Positions 8,217 through 17,405 of a stretch of DNA of 64,000 bases are shown one piece after another (the stretch's first letter is position 1; each line of letters begins with the position of its first letter). The stretch is from assembly GCA_963718875.1 (NCBI GenBank), contig OY970378.1:1011691-1075690 (forward strand), given 5' to 3'. Source of the stretch: Candidatus Parcubacteria bacterium. GTDB lineage: Bacteria; Patescibacteriota; Saccharimonadia; UBA4664; JBIOIQ01. Made by a program: the position numbers and the translations under genes. Below the pieces are notes generated by a model, which had not been told where the DNA came from, ran no database searches, and saw only the letters and a program-made list of their open reading frames with translations.

Positions 8217-8783
8217 TTACTCTATAATATCCGCAGAAATAGACAAGTAGAATAAATCAATCTTAAGATCATTGTTAAGCCTGTATGCAACAACCCAATT
8301 GTTAGCAGAGATGCCAATGTTACCCAGCCCCGCATAATTTGAGATAATCCTTGATTTGCTTATTTTATCTCTGGACTCGGTGTGCCCAGTAAAGTCCCAG
8401 GGTAAGTTTGCGCCTAGTGAAGCGCTGGATTTTGTCAGGTATGTAGAAATAGACTTTGCTGCATCGGCCTTAGACAAATCTCCGTTACCATCTGTGCTCT
8501 GACGAACAACCAATACTTTGTCTGTCATGTAGGTATCGAGTTTTGAATACTCACCCTTATTGATTAAGGCGTTAATTTCTGCCACGACCTGCGGGGTTTT
8601 ATCAACTGGTTTTTGGGATGTTGGTTTGCTTGGTGTCTGTGAGGTAGATTGAGTGTTGTTCGAGCTCTTATTCGCTTCATTTCGAGTTTTTATCACATAC
8701 CAACCAATGCCTACAATCATAGCAATTAGAACTATTGCAAACAGTACTTCAACTGCGCTAAAACCGTTTTCATTTTTTTTCAT
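8217..8783 (-). CDS. type IV pilin-like / pseudopilin protein (prepilin N-terminal motif)
   Basis: N-terminus MKKNENG|FSAVEVLFAIVLIAMIVGIGW: G|F..E(+5) prepilin cleavage/methylation pattern plus a hydrophobic helix. Confidence 0.5.
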   Translation of the reverse strand: MKKNENGFSAVEVLFAIVLIAMIVGIGWYVIKTRNEANKSSNNTQSTSQTPSKPTSQKPVDKTPQVVAEINALINKGEYSKLDTYMTDKVLVVRQSTDGNGDLSKADAAKSISTYLTKSSASLGANLPWDFTGHTESRDKISKSRIISNYAGLGNIGISANNWVVAYRLNNDLKIDLFYLSISADIIE

Positions 8784-9011
8784 TACGCTCTCCTTTCGTA
8801 GATACTATCAAATTGCTAAGGTAATTAATATAGCGTAGCAAAGGAAAAATCGCCTTTACGCTACACGAGCCAGGACTATACTGGTTCTATATCACGCCGG
8901 TAGTATTTGCGATCTCATTTCCGGAATGTAATCGTGTTTGCTTACTCTGGAAATTAAATTTCCGAAGCATCAATTCTGGTATGCACTCGTCGCACCAATG
9001 ACCTGTCCTTA

Positions 9012-9326
9012 TTATCTAGACTTAGACTGCTTGTCAATTAGGACTTTTTGCGCCCATGGGCTTACTGGCTTGTCGGTGCGATGAATACAACCAACCCAGC
9101 AACAAGGGCGGCGCTTCCCTTCTAGCAGCTCCTCTCGGGTTCGCTCTATGCGACGCTTTCTTGTCTCGATTTGCTTAGCGTTCTCTACCCAGCAAATAAA
9201 CTCATTCCGACCGAGCGGTGTGAGGCCTTGCCACCGTTCTAAGACAGCCTCGTCTGATAAAAGGACGTCCCGTAAATCAGTTGGCATTTTGTGTGCCACT
9301 CCATCTGCTATTTCAGTCTTAATCAT
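9012..9326 (-). CDS. small protein, YdeI/OmpD-associated-like family (tentative)
   Basis: 104 aa; C-terminal ...AKQIETRKRRIERTREEL resembles the conserved tail of the YdeI/OmpD-associated domain. Confidence 0.35.
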   Translation of the reverse strand: MIKTEIADGVAHKMPTDLRDVLLSDEAVLERWQGLTPLGRNEFICWVENAKQIETRKRRIERTREELLEGKRRPCCWVGCIHRTDKPVSPWAQKVLIDKQSKSR

Positions 9327-9616
9327 AGCTTTATTCTACTACAGTATCTAATCTACTGCCTCTTTATGCAGCCTATGACGAAGTTAACAAAGTATCCCTA
9401 TTGGTCAATAGCAAACCGCCCGTGCTTGCACCGGTGCTATCAAAGCTGCTACAAACAATACATGAAGTGGCTGATTGTCTTAGCGGTGGTGAGTTTATAT
9501 TTTTTCGGTACGACGCGACTTGCCAATGTGGCTTTGGCGCAGTTTCGACAGGTGGAGAATATTTATACCAATGCCGTTAATCATCCTAATCAGTTGGTGG
9601 AAAATTTTTGACTCTC

Positions 9617-10372
9617 TTAAGGTTTTAGATCCATGGCCTGGAAAATTTGGAGAGCATGCCTAAACGGATCTTTGCTGACTGGTATTTGGCCGGTAAAAGG
9701 AAAGTTTAAAGTGTAAATCAAAAACAGCACTCCAGCTACAACGATTGTTAACATGGCTGTGAGCAAATGTTGAGCCCTGAGGCTGCCCATGATTAAAAAG
9801 TAGGATGAGCCAATGGTAATAAGTCCACCGCCAATTAGTAACGGCCAAAAAACTATGGGCAAGCTGGCTTCGCCAGCCAGGTGACGCAGGTGCCTTTGTT
9901 CTTCGAGGGTGTGCAAACGATCTTGGGCAGCATCCGACGCATTGGCGTTTTTGTAAATGGTCCAGATAGGATTTATGGCATCAGCCTTGGTATGAGTCAT
10001 TACGGCGCCGTGGTTGGTCCACTCTTTATCCATGATGGTATGAGCGTAATCGTAAAACGCTTTTTGCGCGTCAGAGCGAATTGGCTCTGGAAAGTTTTCC
10101 GTATCGCGAAAAGCAACCACCAGTGAGGCAGCCTCGCTGGTTACTACTTGCTGGGAGGCAGAATAGCGTTCCCAAACGGCAAACACGACGAATGCTAAAA
10201 CAACAGCGTAAATTAAAGCAATTGCACTAAATATGTAGCCGACAATTGCTACCTCACGCTTAAGATGTTTTGTATCCAGCAAAAGTCTATGCGCCCACAG
10301 TCCAAACAGAGCAATGACTACAGATATTGCCAGGAAAGCAATTGCAGAAAGTATAATCGATAAATCTATCAC
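9617..10372 (-). CDS. hypothetical membrane protein (DUF4239-like, tentative)
   Basis: 251-aa ORF with N- and C-terminal hydrophobic helices. Confidence 0.5.
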   Translation of the reverse strand: MIDLSIILSAIAFLAISVVIALFGLWAHRLLLDTKHLKREVAIVGYIFSAIALIYAVVLAFVVFAVWERYSASQQVVTSEAASLVVAFRDTENFPEPIRSDAQKAFYDYAHTIMDKEWTNHGAVMTHTKADAINPIWTIYKNANASDAAQDRLHTLEEQRHLRHLAGEASLPIVFWPLLIGGGLITIGSSYFLIMGSLRAQHLLTAMLTIVVAGVLFLIYTLNFPFTGQIPVSKDPFRHALQIFQAMDLKP

Positions 10373-10514
10373 AATAAATTTATTATAGGCGATTATGCCT
10401 AACGTGATAAGTAATTATTTTGCTTTAAGCAAGGTACTCTATATGAGCTACGGGCGAGGCAAAAGCACAGCTCGTTTGACTTATGAAGCAATGAATTCGA
10501 CCGATTCCTTCAAA

Positions 10515-11162
10515 CTATTTTAGATTATCGTAAAAAAGCTTTCTGTCGGCTGGGCTGACCTGCTCAAGGTAACCCACAAAAGTTTTGTAATCAAGCTCTT
10601 CAAACGTTTCTAGCTCTTCATCTTCGAGATAGACTTTATCTTGGCCAGGCGTATCGAGAACGATGATGCAGCCAATTTCTTCGTTTTTATAGCCAGGAAG
10701 CAATCTGTGTACGTAATCGGTATCTTTAATATATTTAAACTCCAAGGCCTTGATGCTCATGTCTTTATATTCGTACTGGCTAATTAAGCTTATTACGTCG
10801 GGTTTTTGTAGTACTTTAATTTTACCTTCGTATTCTTCCGCAGAAGTCATGTGACACAAAAGCTTTGCTTCGGCTGGATCAACAGGAATAAACTCCTGGG
10901 CTTCGCCTTTCCTATTTACCGTGTCTGATTTGAGGCGAATTGGCCTGGAGCATTGGTAGCCACCCAATCCAGAGACGTAATACGAAGATGCTGTTTTGTA
11001 CTTAAGAGTGCCGCTGTGCTTTAGGGTGGGGTTGGTACACTCCATAGGTGAGGGGGCGCAAAAGTAATTTTTTTTGTCTGCATATCTATACACCGCATAG
11101 GCAATGGCAGACAGCCAAACAACGGATGCCAGCACTATAAACAATAGTTTTTTGCTTTTCAT
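10515..11162 (-). CDS. hypothetical membrane-anchored protein
   Basis: start chosen at MKSKKLLFIV with GGGGGAG SD; signal-anchor followed by a Cys-containing soluble domain. Confidence 0.5.
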   Translation of the reverse strand: MKSKKLLFIVLASVVWLSAIAYAVYRYADKKNYFCAPSPMECTNPTLKHSGTLKYKTASSYYVSGLGGYQCSRPIRLKSDTVNRKGEAQEFIPVDPAEAKLLCHMTSAEEYEGKIKVLQKPDVISLISQYEYKDMSIKALEFKYIKDTDYVHRLLPGYKNEEIGCIIVLDTPGQDKVYLEDEELETFEELDYKTFVGYLEQVSPADRKLFYDNLK

Positions 11163-11349
11163 AAACTCCCCCATTACCTTCCAAGGCTCGTAATTAGTGA
11201 ATAGATGGAGGCCAGAAGTGCAAATACCCACACCCCCCAACGGTAACTAGTATCGGGATTATGGCGCAATCGATGAATTTGCTTTTCCGCCCAATCGAGG
11301 GCAACAAACACGACCGCAAAGACCACCACCGACCATATAACGGCGCTGA

Positions 11350-11835
11350 TCATACAGTTGGACCCGCGTTTGGAGCGTCGTTTATGCCTAATTTTGCCTT
11401 GATCCGGTCCAAAACATTTCGTGGCGTCACTTCGGCTTTTACAATATATTCCGCACCTAGCGATTCGGCTTTTTTGCGCATTTTTGGATCGCTAGAGTTG
11501 GTAAGAATGAGTGCGGGAGAGGTTTTAAAATCGTAGCCATTTTGGACTAAGCTAGACAACACGTCCAAGCCCGAAATTTCCGGCATGCTTATATCTAGCA
11601 TCATAAGGTCGGGATGAATTTCGGTAATAGTCTGGAGTGCGTCCCGACCATTGGTTTTTATAACCACTTCAAAACCAGAGTTGGTCAACTTGGTTTGGTA
11701 CATACGAGAAATAAAAGGGTCGTCTTCGGCAATGAGGATGGTTTTGCCATTGTTTGGCAAAACAGTGTTTGCTGGTATTACGTCTTCTGGATCTGTGATG
11801 CGTGCCATGTAATACAGTTTAATGCCAAAAGACAA
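11350..11835 (-). CDS. response regulator, receiver domain only (CheY-like)
   Basis: KTILIAEDDPFISRMY...DLMMLDISMPEISGLDVL receiver motifs; no output domain. Confidence 0.65.
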   Translation of the reverse strand: MSFGIKLYYMARITDPEDVIPANTVLPNNGKTILIAEDDPFISRMYQTKLTNSGFEVVIKTNGRDALQTITEIHPDLMMLDISMPEISGLDVLSSLVQNGYDFKTSPALILTNSSDPKMRKKAESLGAEYIVKAEVTPRNVLDRIKAKLGINDAPNAGPTV

Positions 11836-11841
11836 AAGTTC

Positions 11842-12915
11842 CTAGGCGGGCTTTTTTAGATCCTTCCGAGAGTCGTGTTTTACCTTTGAGCGCTTGGCAA
11901 TCCCGAGTGGAATGGAAAAACCAAAGGTGCTACCAACGTTTTCTTGAGATTCAAAAATAACCGATCCACCTTGATCTTCGACAACTCTTTTGGCCAAATA
12001 AAGCCCTAAACCGGTCCCATCGGGTCTAGTTTTTTGGGCGTTTGTGGCCCGATAAAACTTGGTAAACAGTTTTTGCTTAGCGGCTTCTGGTACGCCAATG
12101 CCAGTATCACTCACCTTTACAATGGCATGGGTGTCATCACACTCAAGTGATACCACCACACTACCTTCCTTGGTGTAATAGATGGCATTATCAATAAAAT
12201 TCATAATAACTTGCCTGGTTTTGCCTTCATCTAGCCCTATGCGCGGGAGCTTGCGCTTTGGCAAGAGAAGTCTTAAATCCAAATGTTTGGCCATAGCATG
12301 GCTGCGCAGTTGACGCACCTCGTCGGCCAAAACCAAGCCAAGGTCAGTTGGTTTTTTTTCGATAATGAATCTGCCTGCACTTAGTCGCGAGACATTCAGA
12401 AGATCAGATATCAATGCCACCATTCTCTCTGCACCGGCATAGGCGTAACCTAAAAATTCTCGCTCTTGGTGATTTATGTGACCGGCGTCACCCTCTAAAA
12501 TCATACTAATATACCCAGTAATCGTGGTCAGGGGAGTCCTCAATTGATGCGATGTCATAGAAATAAACTCATCTTTGGCATTATCAAGCGCCCTTAAGTT
12601 GCGCTTGGCTAGTCTAAGGCGAGCTTGGGCATGTTTTAGCTGATGTTTTAGCTTTTGGTTTTCCTGGATGATAGCAGAGTGGGTATCTAATAGAGAAGAT
12701 TCTTGGGGAGTCACGACACGAGCCACCAAATTAAAACTACTACCCCGACCAAGGCTATCAATAATATAAGCATTTAACTTAATATAACCTATTGTAGTCA
12801 AATGCGTCACTTTTAAATCTTTTGGGGCCCCTTTGTCTATCGTTTCGCCATTGACGGAGCTGTCCATTTTGTAATCAACAAAATTATATTCCGCAGTTTG
12901 TAGCGCAGCTACCAC
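11842..12915 (-). CDS. sensor histidine kinase (cytoplasmic, no TM segment seen)
   Basis: H-box MTSHQLRTPLTTITGY plus HATPase_c motifs (NAIYYT, DTGIGV, GTGLGL); immediately upstream of the receiver gene. Confidence 0.7.
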   Translation of the reverse strand: MVAALQTAEYNFVDYKMDSSVNGETIDKGAPKDLKVTHLTTIGYIKLNAYIIDSLGRGSSFNLVARVVTPQESSLLDTHSAIIQENQKLKHQLKHAQARLRLAKRNLRALDNAKDEFISMTSHQLRTPLTTITGYISMILEGDAGHINHQEREFLGYAYAGAERMVALISDLLNVSRLSAGRFIIEKKPTDLGLVLADEVRQLRSHAMAKHLDLRLLLPKRKLPRIGLDEGKTRQVIMNFIDNAIYYTKEGSVVVSLECDDTHAIVKVSDTGIGVPEAAKQKLFTKFYRATNAQKTRPDGTGLGLYLAKRVVEDQGGSVIFESQENVGSTFGFSIPLGIAKRSKVKHDSRKDLKKPA

Positions 12916-12982
12916 TAATTTATTAGCTTAAGGTATATGTTATGACTTTTAGCAGCCACCGGTTAGATATACCCCAAGTGTT

Positions 12983-14305
12983 ATGATTAAGGTAATGAAA
13001 CCCAAAAGACCAAACTTGAACTTAAAAGCTTTGGCTAAGCAAACGATTGACCGAAAGCTGCGTCGATCGGTTACGCGTTTACTTCAGAATCATCACCCTA
13101 CAATTGTTGCGGTTACCGGCAGCGTAGGCAAAACCAGTGCCAAAAACGCTATCAGCCATGTCTTGTCCGATAGCCATCGAGTTAATAGCGACTTGGGCAG
13201 CTATAATACCGAGATTGGCTTGCCTTTGAGCTTTTTTGGGCTCAAAGCACCAACACGACTAACAAACCCGCTGGAGTGGAAAAAAGTTTTTAAAAAGATT
13301 AATCAAACCATCGACAGCGGATACCCTTACGACATGAGCGTCCTTGAAATGGGAGCAGATCGCCCCGGAGAGATAGGTTATTTCTTGGGTTTTATCAAGC
13401 CAAGCATTGCCGTTATTACTGGTATTGCAGCAGTCCACACACAAGGGTTTGGTACAGTTGAAGCCATTTTAGCGGAAAAATGGCTCTTGGCCGAGCAATC
13501 TGATCGGGTAGTATATAATGCTGATTTCGAGCTTTTGCGGCAACGCGCTAAAAGCCTTGCTAGCTCAAAACTGATTCGCTCTTACGGCTTGGACCATGGA
13601 GAGGTTACTTTTGCCGATTTGAGGCGAAACGCCGAGGGTTATTTTGAGGGACAACTTAAACTTGGCTCCACGAACACATTCATAGCAACGCAAATGGTTG
13701 CCCGCACCGGGCTGTATAGTTTACTTGCCGCCGCCTGTGTAGCCGATATGCTGGAAGTGACTCTAGGCGATATCATAAAAAGCCTGGGTGAAATTGCACC
13801 TACAAAGGGGCGGATGAGGTTGTTAAAAGGAGTTAATCAAAGCCAAATTTTGGATGACAGTTATAATTCTAGCCCAATTAGCGCATTGTCAGCGCTCCAA
13901 ACTCTAGCTGATTTTCCGGCAGGTCAGCGCATCGCAATCTTAGGAAGCATGAACGAGCTGGGGGATCATGCGACACAAGGTCATGTAGAAGTTGGTACAA
14001 AAGCCGGACAAGTAGTAGACTTATTAATTACTATTGGAGATGAGGCCAAAACCCATTTGGCGCCGGCGGCAATTGCAGCTGGTCTTTCGATCGACAAAGT
14101 AAAGTGCTTTGAGGGCCCCAGGGATGCGGGAATTTATGTGAGGCCGCTGATCAAGAAAGACGACGCCGTACTAGTAAAGGGGTCGCAGAACAGGGTGTTT
14201 ACCGAAGAGGCTATTAAAGTAATATTGGCATCGGATCTCGATCCAGCAGAGCAGCTAGTGCGCCAGTCGGTCGACTGGTTGCGAGTTAAGAAAGATTATC
14301 TATGA
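12983..14305 (+). CDS. murF: Mur ligase, probably UDP-MurNAc-tripeptide--D-alanyl-D-alanine ligase
   Basis: VAVTGSVGKTSAKNAI P-loop of Mur ligases; 4-nt overlap with alr downstream supports MurF. Confidence 0.6.
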   Translation: MIKVMKPKRPNLNLKALAKQTIDRKLRRSVTRLLQNHHPTIVAVTGSVGKTSAKNAISHVLSDSHRVNSDLGSYNTEIGLPLSFFGLKAPTRLTNPLEWKKVFKKINQTIDSGYPYDMSVLEMGADRPGEIGYFLGFIKPSIAVITGIAAVHTQGFGTVEAILAEKWLLAEQSDRVVYNADFELLRQRAKSLASSKLIRSYGLDHGEVTFADLRRNAEGYFEGQLKLGSTNTFIATQMVARTGLYSLLAAACVADMLEVTLGDIIKSLGEIAPTKGRMRLLKGVNQSQILDDSYNSSPISALSALQTLADFPAGQRIAILGSMNELGDHATQGHVEVGTKAGQVVDLLITIGDEAKTHLAPAAIAAGLSIDKVKCFEGPRDAGIYVRPLIKKDDAVLVKGSQNRVFTEEAIKVILASDLDPAEQLVRQSVDWLRVKKDYL

Positions 14306-15438
14306 TTTCGTGGCGACAACGTTTTAGCGAACCTTATGAAACCCTTAACCGAATTGAGGTATCTAAGGAGCGCTTGCTCCATAATTATGATTTGGTCGTG
14401 AGTCAGCACCCAAACATGGCTATTATGCCGGTTCTTAAAGGTAATGCCTACGGACATGGGTTGCTTCAGGTAGCCGAAATTTTACAAAAACGCCAGCCAC
14501 CTTATATCGTGGTCGATGGCTACTTTGAAGCCTTAAAGCTGAGGCGGTTAACCAGGCGGCCCATTTTGATAATGGGGTACATCAACCCCAGCAACTACGC
14601 TGTACTTAAAACCGAAGGTCTGGCCTTTGTAGTGCACGACCAGCCAACGCTTGAAGCACTAGCAAAACTCCGCCGGTCAATAACAGTTCATTTAGAAATT
14701 AATACAGGTATGAACCGCCAAGGTATCCAACCAGCAGAACTAGTGAGTTATTTGGCTCTGTTCAAAAGCCACCCTAGCTTGAAGTTGGAAGGAATCATGT
14801 CGCACTTAGCAGACGCCGATGGCGAAACTACAAGCTATACCCGTGAACAGGTGGAGCTATTCGATCAATGCGTACAGGCTGTGTTAGCGGCCGGGTTTAA
14901 GCCAAAACTAATCCATTTGGCACAAACCGCCGGTAGCGTGCGGGCCGTATCCGCCTATGCCAACGCCATGCGCTTAGGCATAGGTCTGTATGGAATTAAC
15001 CCTTTTGGTACTGGAACACCTTCACACCAGAGGCTAGCGGGCTTAAGTCCGGCTTTAACTTTTAAGAGTACCATTATTAAGGTAATTGAGGTTAAAAAGG
15101 GTGAGAAAATTAGTTACAATGGTATTTTTACGGCCAAAACTGCAACTCGCATTGGGGTTTTACCGTTAGGTTATTACGAAGGCGTTCCTAGAAGTTTAAG
15201 TAATAACGGTGTAGTAAAACATGGTCAGGAATATTTTCCAATCGCCGGGCGGGTTTGCATGAACCACATTATGATCGACCTAGGAACATCCAAAGCCGGG
15301 TATATGGACCAAGTCGAAGTGATAAGTAATAAGCCAGCCGATCAAAATAGCGTGGCTAGATTAGAGAGCGAGCAGGGGTTGTTTTCTTATGAGCTTTTAA
15401 CGGGATTGTCCGAATCGGTCAGGAGGGTGGTTGTTTAG
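14302..15438 (+). CDS. alr: alanine racemase
   Basis: PLP motif AIMPVLKGNAYGHG; 378 aa. Confidence 0.8.
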   Translation: MISWRQRFSEPYETLNRIEVSKERLLHNYDLVVSQHPNMAIMPVLKGNAYGHGLLQVAEILQKRQPPYIVVDGYFEALKLRRLTRRPILIMGYINPSNYAVLKTEGLAFVVHDQPTLEALAKLRRSITVHLEINTGMNRQGIQPAELVSYLALFKSHPSLKLEGIMSHLADADGETTSYTREQVELFDQCVQAVLAAGFKPKLIHLAQTAGSVRAVSAYANAMRLGIGLYGINPFGTGTPSHQRLAGLSPALTFKSTIIKVIEVKKGEKISYNGIFTAKTATRIGVLPLGYYEGVPRSLSNNGVVKHGQEYFPIAGRVCMNHIMIDLGTSKAGYMDQVEVISNKPADQNSVARLESEQGLFSYELLTGLSESVRRVVV

Positions 15439-15511
15439 TCTAAGTTAAGGAATGGTGGGATTACTCTCGGCTTGCGACAACCTGAAGCGAAAATAATTCA
15501 TGATTCCTTAT

Positions 15512-16321
15512 TCATAATTCGCGAGGATTTGCTTTTGTTGCTGCGAGCAGCAAATTATCAAACAAAGCTGCTACAGTCAGCGGGCCAACCCCACCGGGAT
15601 TAGGAGTTATTTTGAGGGTTTCGTCATCGTAGAGAGCATGGTCCACATCGCCGACTAAATTTCCGCCCATTTCGGTAGTTCCGGCATCCACAATAACGCT
15701 TCCGGGGCGGACCATGTCGGCTTTAATAAGACTTGGGACGCCAGCGGCAGTTACAATAATGTCAGCTTTAAGGGTCTCCTCTTTAAGATTTACTGTAGTC
15801 TTATCACAGCGGATCACTTGAGCCTGTGAGTTCTCCAACATATCTGCCAGTGGCTTGCCAACAACTCTTCCCTGCCCCACGACAGTTACGGTTTTGTCTT
15901 GCCACTCAACGCCGTAGGAGCTGAGCAGCCAAAGGATGGCTTTGGGTGTAGCCGGATCAAATTGACTTTTGGGGTGTAGGCCGTCAATGTCCTTAAATGG
16001 ATCAACAGACGACAAACCACGATCCAGATCCAAGCCGGCAAAAGGCAGTTGTACTATTATTCCATTAACGTCGGCGCGCTGATTCAGCTTGTGAATGAAG
16101 TTTTCTACTTCTTTCGTATCTCCAGCCGTCTCATGCACCTCTACCACCGCCCCAATATCCTGGCTGTAACGCGTTTTAGTGCTTTTGACATACATGCGCG
16201 TGGCCGCATTAGCTTCTGCACTCATCACTATGGCTAGTTTTGGTGTAAACCCTAGAGCTTTGATTTGCTCGGCGTGACGACGCTTCAGGTAATCGGCCAA
16301 GTCTCGTCCGTGAAGCAACAT
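15512..16321 (-). CDS. folD: bifunctional methylenetetrahydrofolate dehydrogenase/cyclohydrolase
   Basis: 269 aa; Rossmann GxGxxVG (VVGQGRVVGKP) and FolD N-terminal catalytic region. Confidence 0.8.
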   Translation of the reverse strand: MLLHGRDLADYLKRRHAEQIKALGFTPKLAIVMSAEANAATRMYVKSTKTRYSQDIGAVVEVHETAGDTKEVENFIHKLNQRADVNGIIVQLPFAGLDLDRGLSSVDPFKDIDGLHPKSQFDPATPKAILWLLSSYGVEWQDKTVTVVGQGRVVGKPLADMLENSQAQVIRCDKTTVNLKEETLKADIIVTAAGVPSLIKADMVRPGSVIVDAGTTEMGGNLVGDVDHALYDDETLKITPNPGGVGPLTVAALFDNLLLAATKANPREL

Positions 16322-16340
16322 TAGCTAACCTCCTGTTTAT

Positions 16341-16397
16341 GAAAGTCCGACTTTAATCTTTGTTGATTGCTGCAATCCGGATTTAAAGTCGGACTTT
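16341..16397. repeat. paired nested-palindrome repeat R1 (AAAGTCCGACTTTAATC ... GATTTAAAGTCGGACTTT)
   Basis: two AAGTCNGACTT palindromes about 39 bp apart in inverted orientation; family also at 20176, 21216 and 41359. Confidence 0.6.
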
Positions 16398-16467
16398 TGA
16401 TCTCCATACTTCGTCGCCTTAAAGATACTTCATTCTTTGTGGTTAGTAATGCTTGATTCATAATTCG

Positions 16468-17154
16468 TTATTCATTATTCGCAGATTCTAAAAGCGGCCT
16501 TACTAAGTTACTAACATCAATATTGTGAGGCCAATCGGCAGCAGTCTTCTTATTATAGGCTTTGAAGTTCTTTTTATCGAGGAAGTGCGCTTTGGTGGGA
16601 TCGGGTAAGTAATCAATAAAAAGACGGCCATCTAGGTGGTCAACTTCGTGCTGCAGCAAGATGGCCGGCCAACCCTTGGCCTCTAAGGTGAGCTTGGTAC
16701 CAAATCGGTCTAGAGCTGTAACTGTAACGGCGCTGGCTCGATCTATTAGCCCCCATACACTAGGCAAATTTACACAGCCCTCACGGTTTGTAGCTTTGGA
16801 TTTGGAGCGCTTTATAATTTCTGGGTTTATTAACACGTGTATATCGCTGTATTTTTTGCTGCCAACGCCCATATCTACGATACTGATGCGCCGCATAATA
16901 CCAACCTGAGGAGCCGAAAGACCCACTGTCATCGGAAGATTGTGAGCATGGTTTCGACCCTTATTGTTATGTCCGCATACAAACCTAATTAACTGTTCGA
17001 TAGTGTTTTGCATAGCGGCCGTACGCAACTCTCGTCGCCCAATCGACTGAGAGATTTGACGTAGAGTCGGGTTATCTGGTTTTAATGCGTGCAGCTGTGG
17101 GTTGGTCATTATATGTATGGTATCAGAAAAGCCGCTTAAAAAGATGGTTGTCAT
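16468..17154 (-). CDS. def: peptide deformylase (N-terminally extended ORF; true start may be near 17109)
   Basis: GLSAPQVG and HEVDHLDG motifs present; the third PDF motif was not located. Confidence 0.75.
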   Translation of the reverse strand: MTTIFLSGFSDTIHIMTNPQLHALKPDNPTLRQISQSIGRRELRTAAMQNTIEQLIRFVCGHNNKGRNHAHNLPMTVGLSAPQVGIMRRISIVDMGVGSKKYSDIHVLINPEIIKRSKSKATNREGCVNLPSVWGLIDRASAVTVTALDRFGTKLTLEAKGWPAILLQHEVDHLDGRLFIDYLPDPTKAHFLDKKNFKAYNKKTAADWPHNIDVSNLVRPLLESANNE

Positions 17155-17171
17155 GGAATGATTGGATGTCC

Positions 17172-17200
17172 TTGTATAAAGACCATAACCGTGTTATAAT
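17172..17200 (+). promoter_or_regulatory. near-consensus sigma70 promoter TTGTAT-17-TATAAT
   Basis: -35 at 17172-17177, -10 at 17195-17200; no plus-strand protein gene follows. Confidence 0.45.
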
Positions 17201-17206
17201 TTTAAT

Positions 17207-17395
17207 TACAACTTTCAACAGGGGGTTCGAGTGTGCGGTGGGTAATCTGCATACCCGTCTATGTAGTGATCGTTTTATTGATCGCGGGGTTCACGGGCAT
17301 GAACAATCAGAGGCATCGCGACAAAGACTTTTAGCCCAACCTGGTCGCTAGCGGCGATCATGGGGACTCTCCGGTTTATCCGGGGAGTCCCACTT
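17207..17395 (+). ncRNA. candidate small RNA (about 190 nt, unknown family) between the consensus promoter and a terminator
   Basis: only tiny ORFs inside; GC-rich structured segments; terminator hairpin 17362-17392 followed by a U-rich tract. Confidence 0.3.
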
Positions 17396-17405
17396 TCTTT
17401 TAAGC
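17362..17405 (+). terminator. intrinsic terminator hairpin GGGGACTCTCCGG-TTTA-TCCGGGGAGTCCC plus U-rich tail
   Basis: 13-bp stem with 1 mismatch, then ACTTTCTTTTAA. Confidence 0.5.

Noticed and set aside
9291-9611. 106-aa plus-strand ORF in the 9330-9615 intergenic region
   Set aside because: No SD, an odd Cys/Tyr-rich N-terminus, and it overlaps the start region of the neighbouring minus-strand gene. A short real peptide (MKWLIVLAVVSLYFF...) cannot be excluded, but evidence is insufficient.
17207-17395. Assigning the candidate sRNA to 6S, SRP (4.5S) or tmRNA
   Set aside because: No SRP domain IV motif (GGAAGCAGCC-like), no tmRNA tag reading frame or tRNA-like end, and no recognisable 6S central bubble. 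Left as unknown family.
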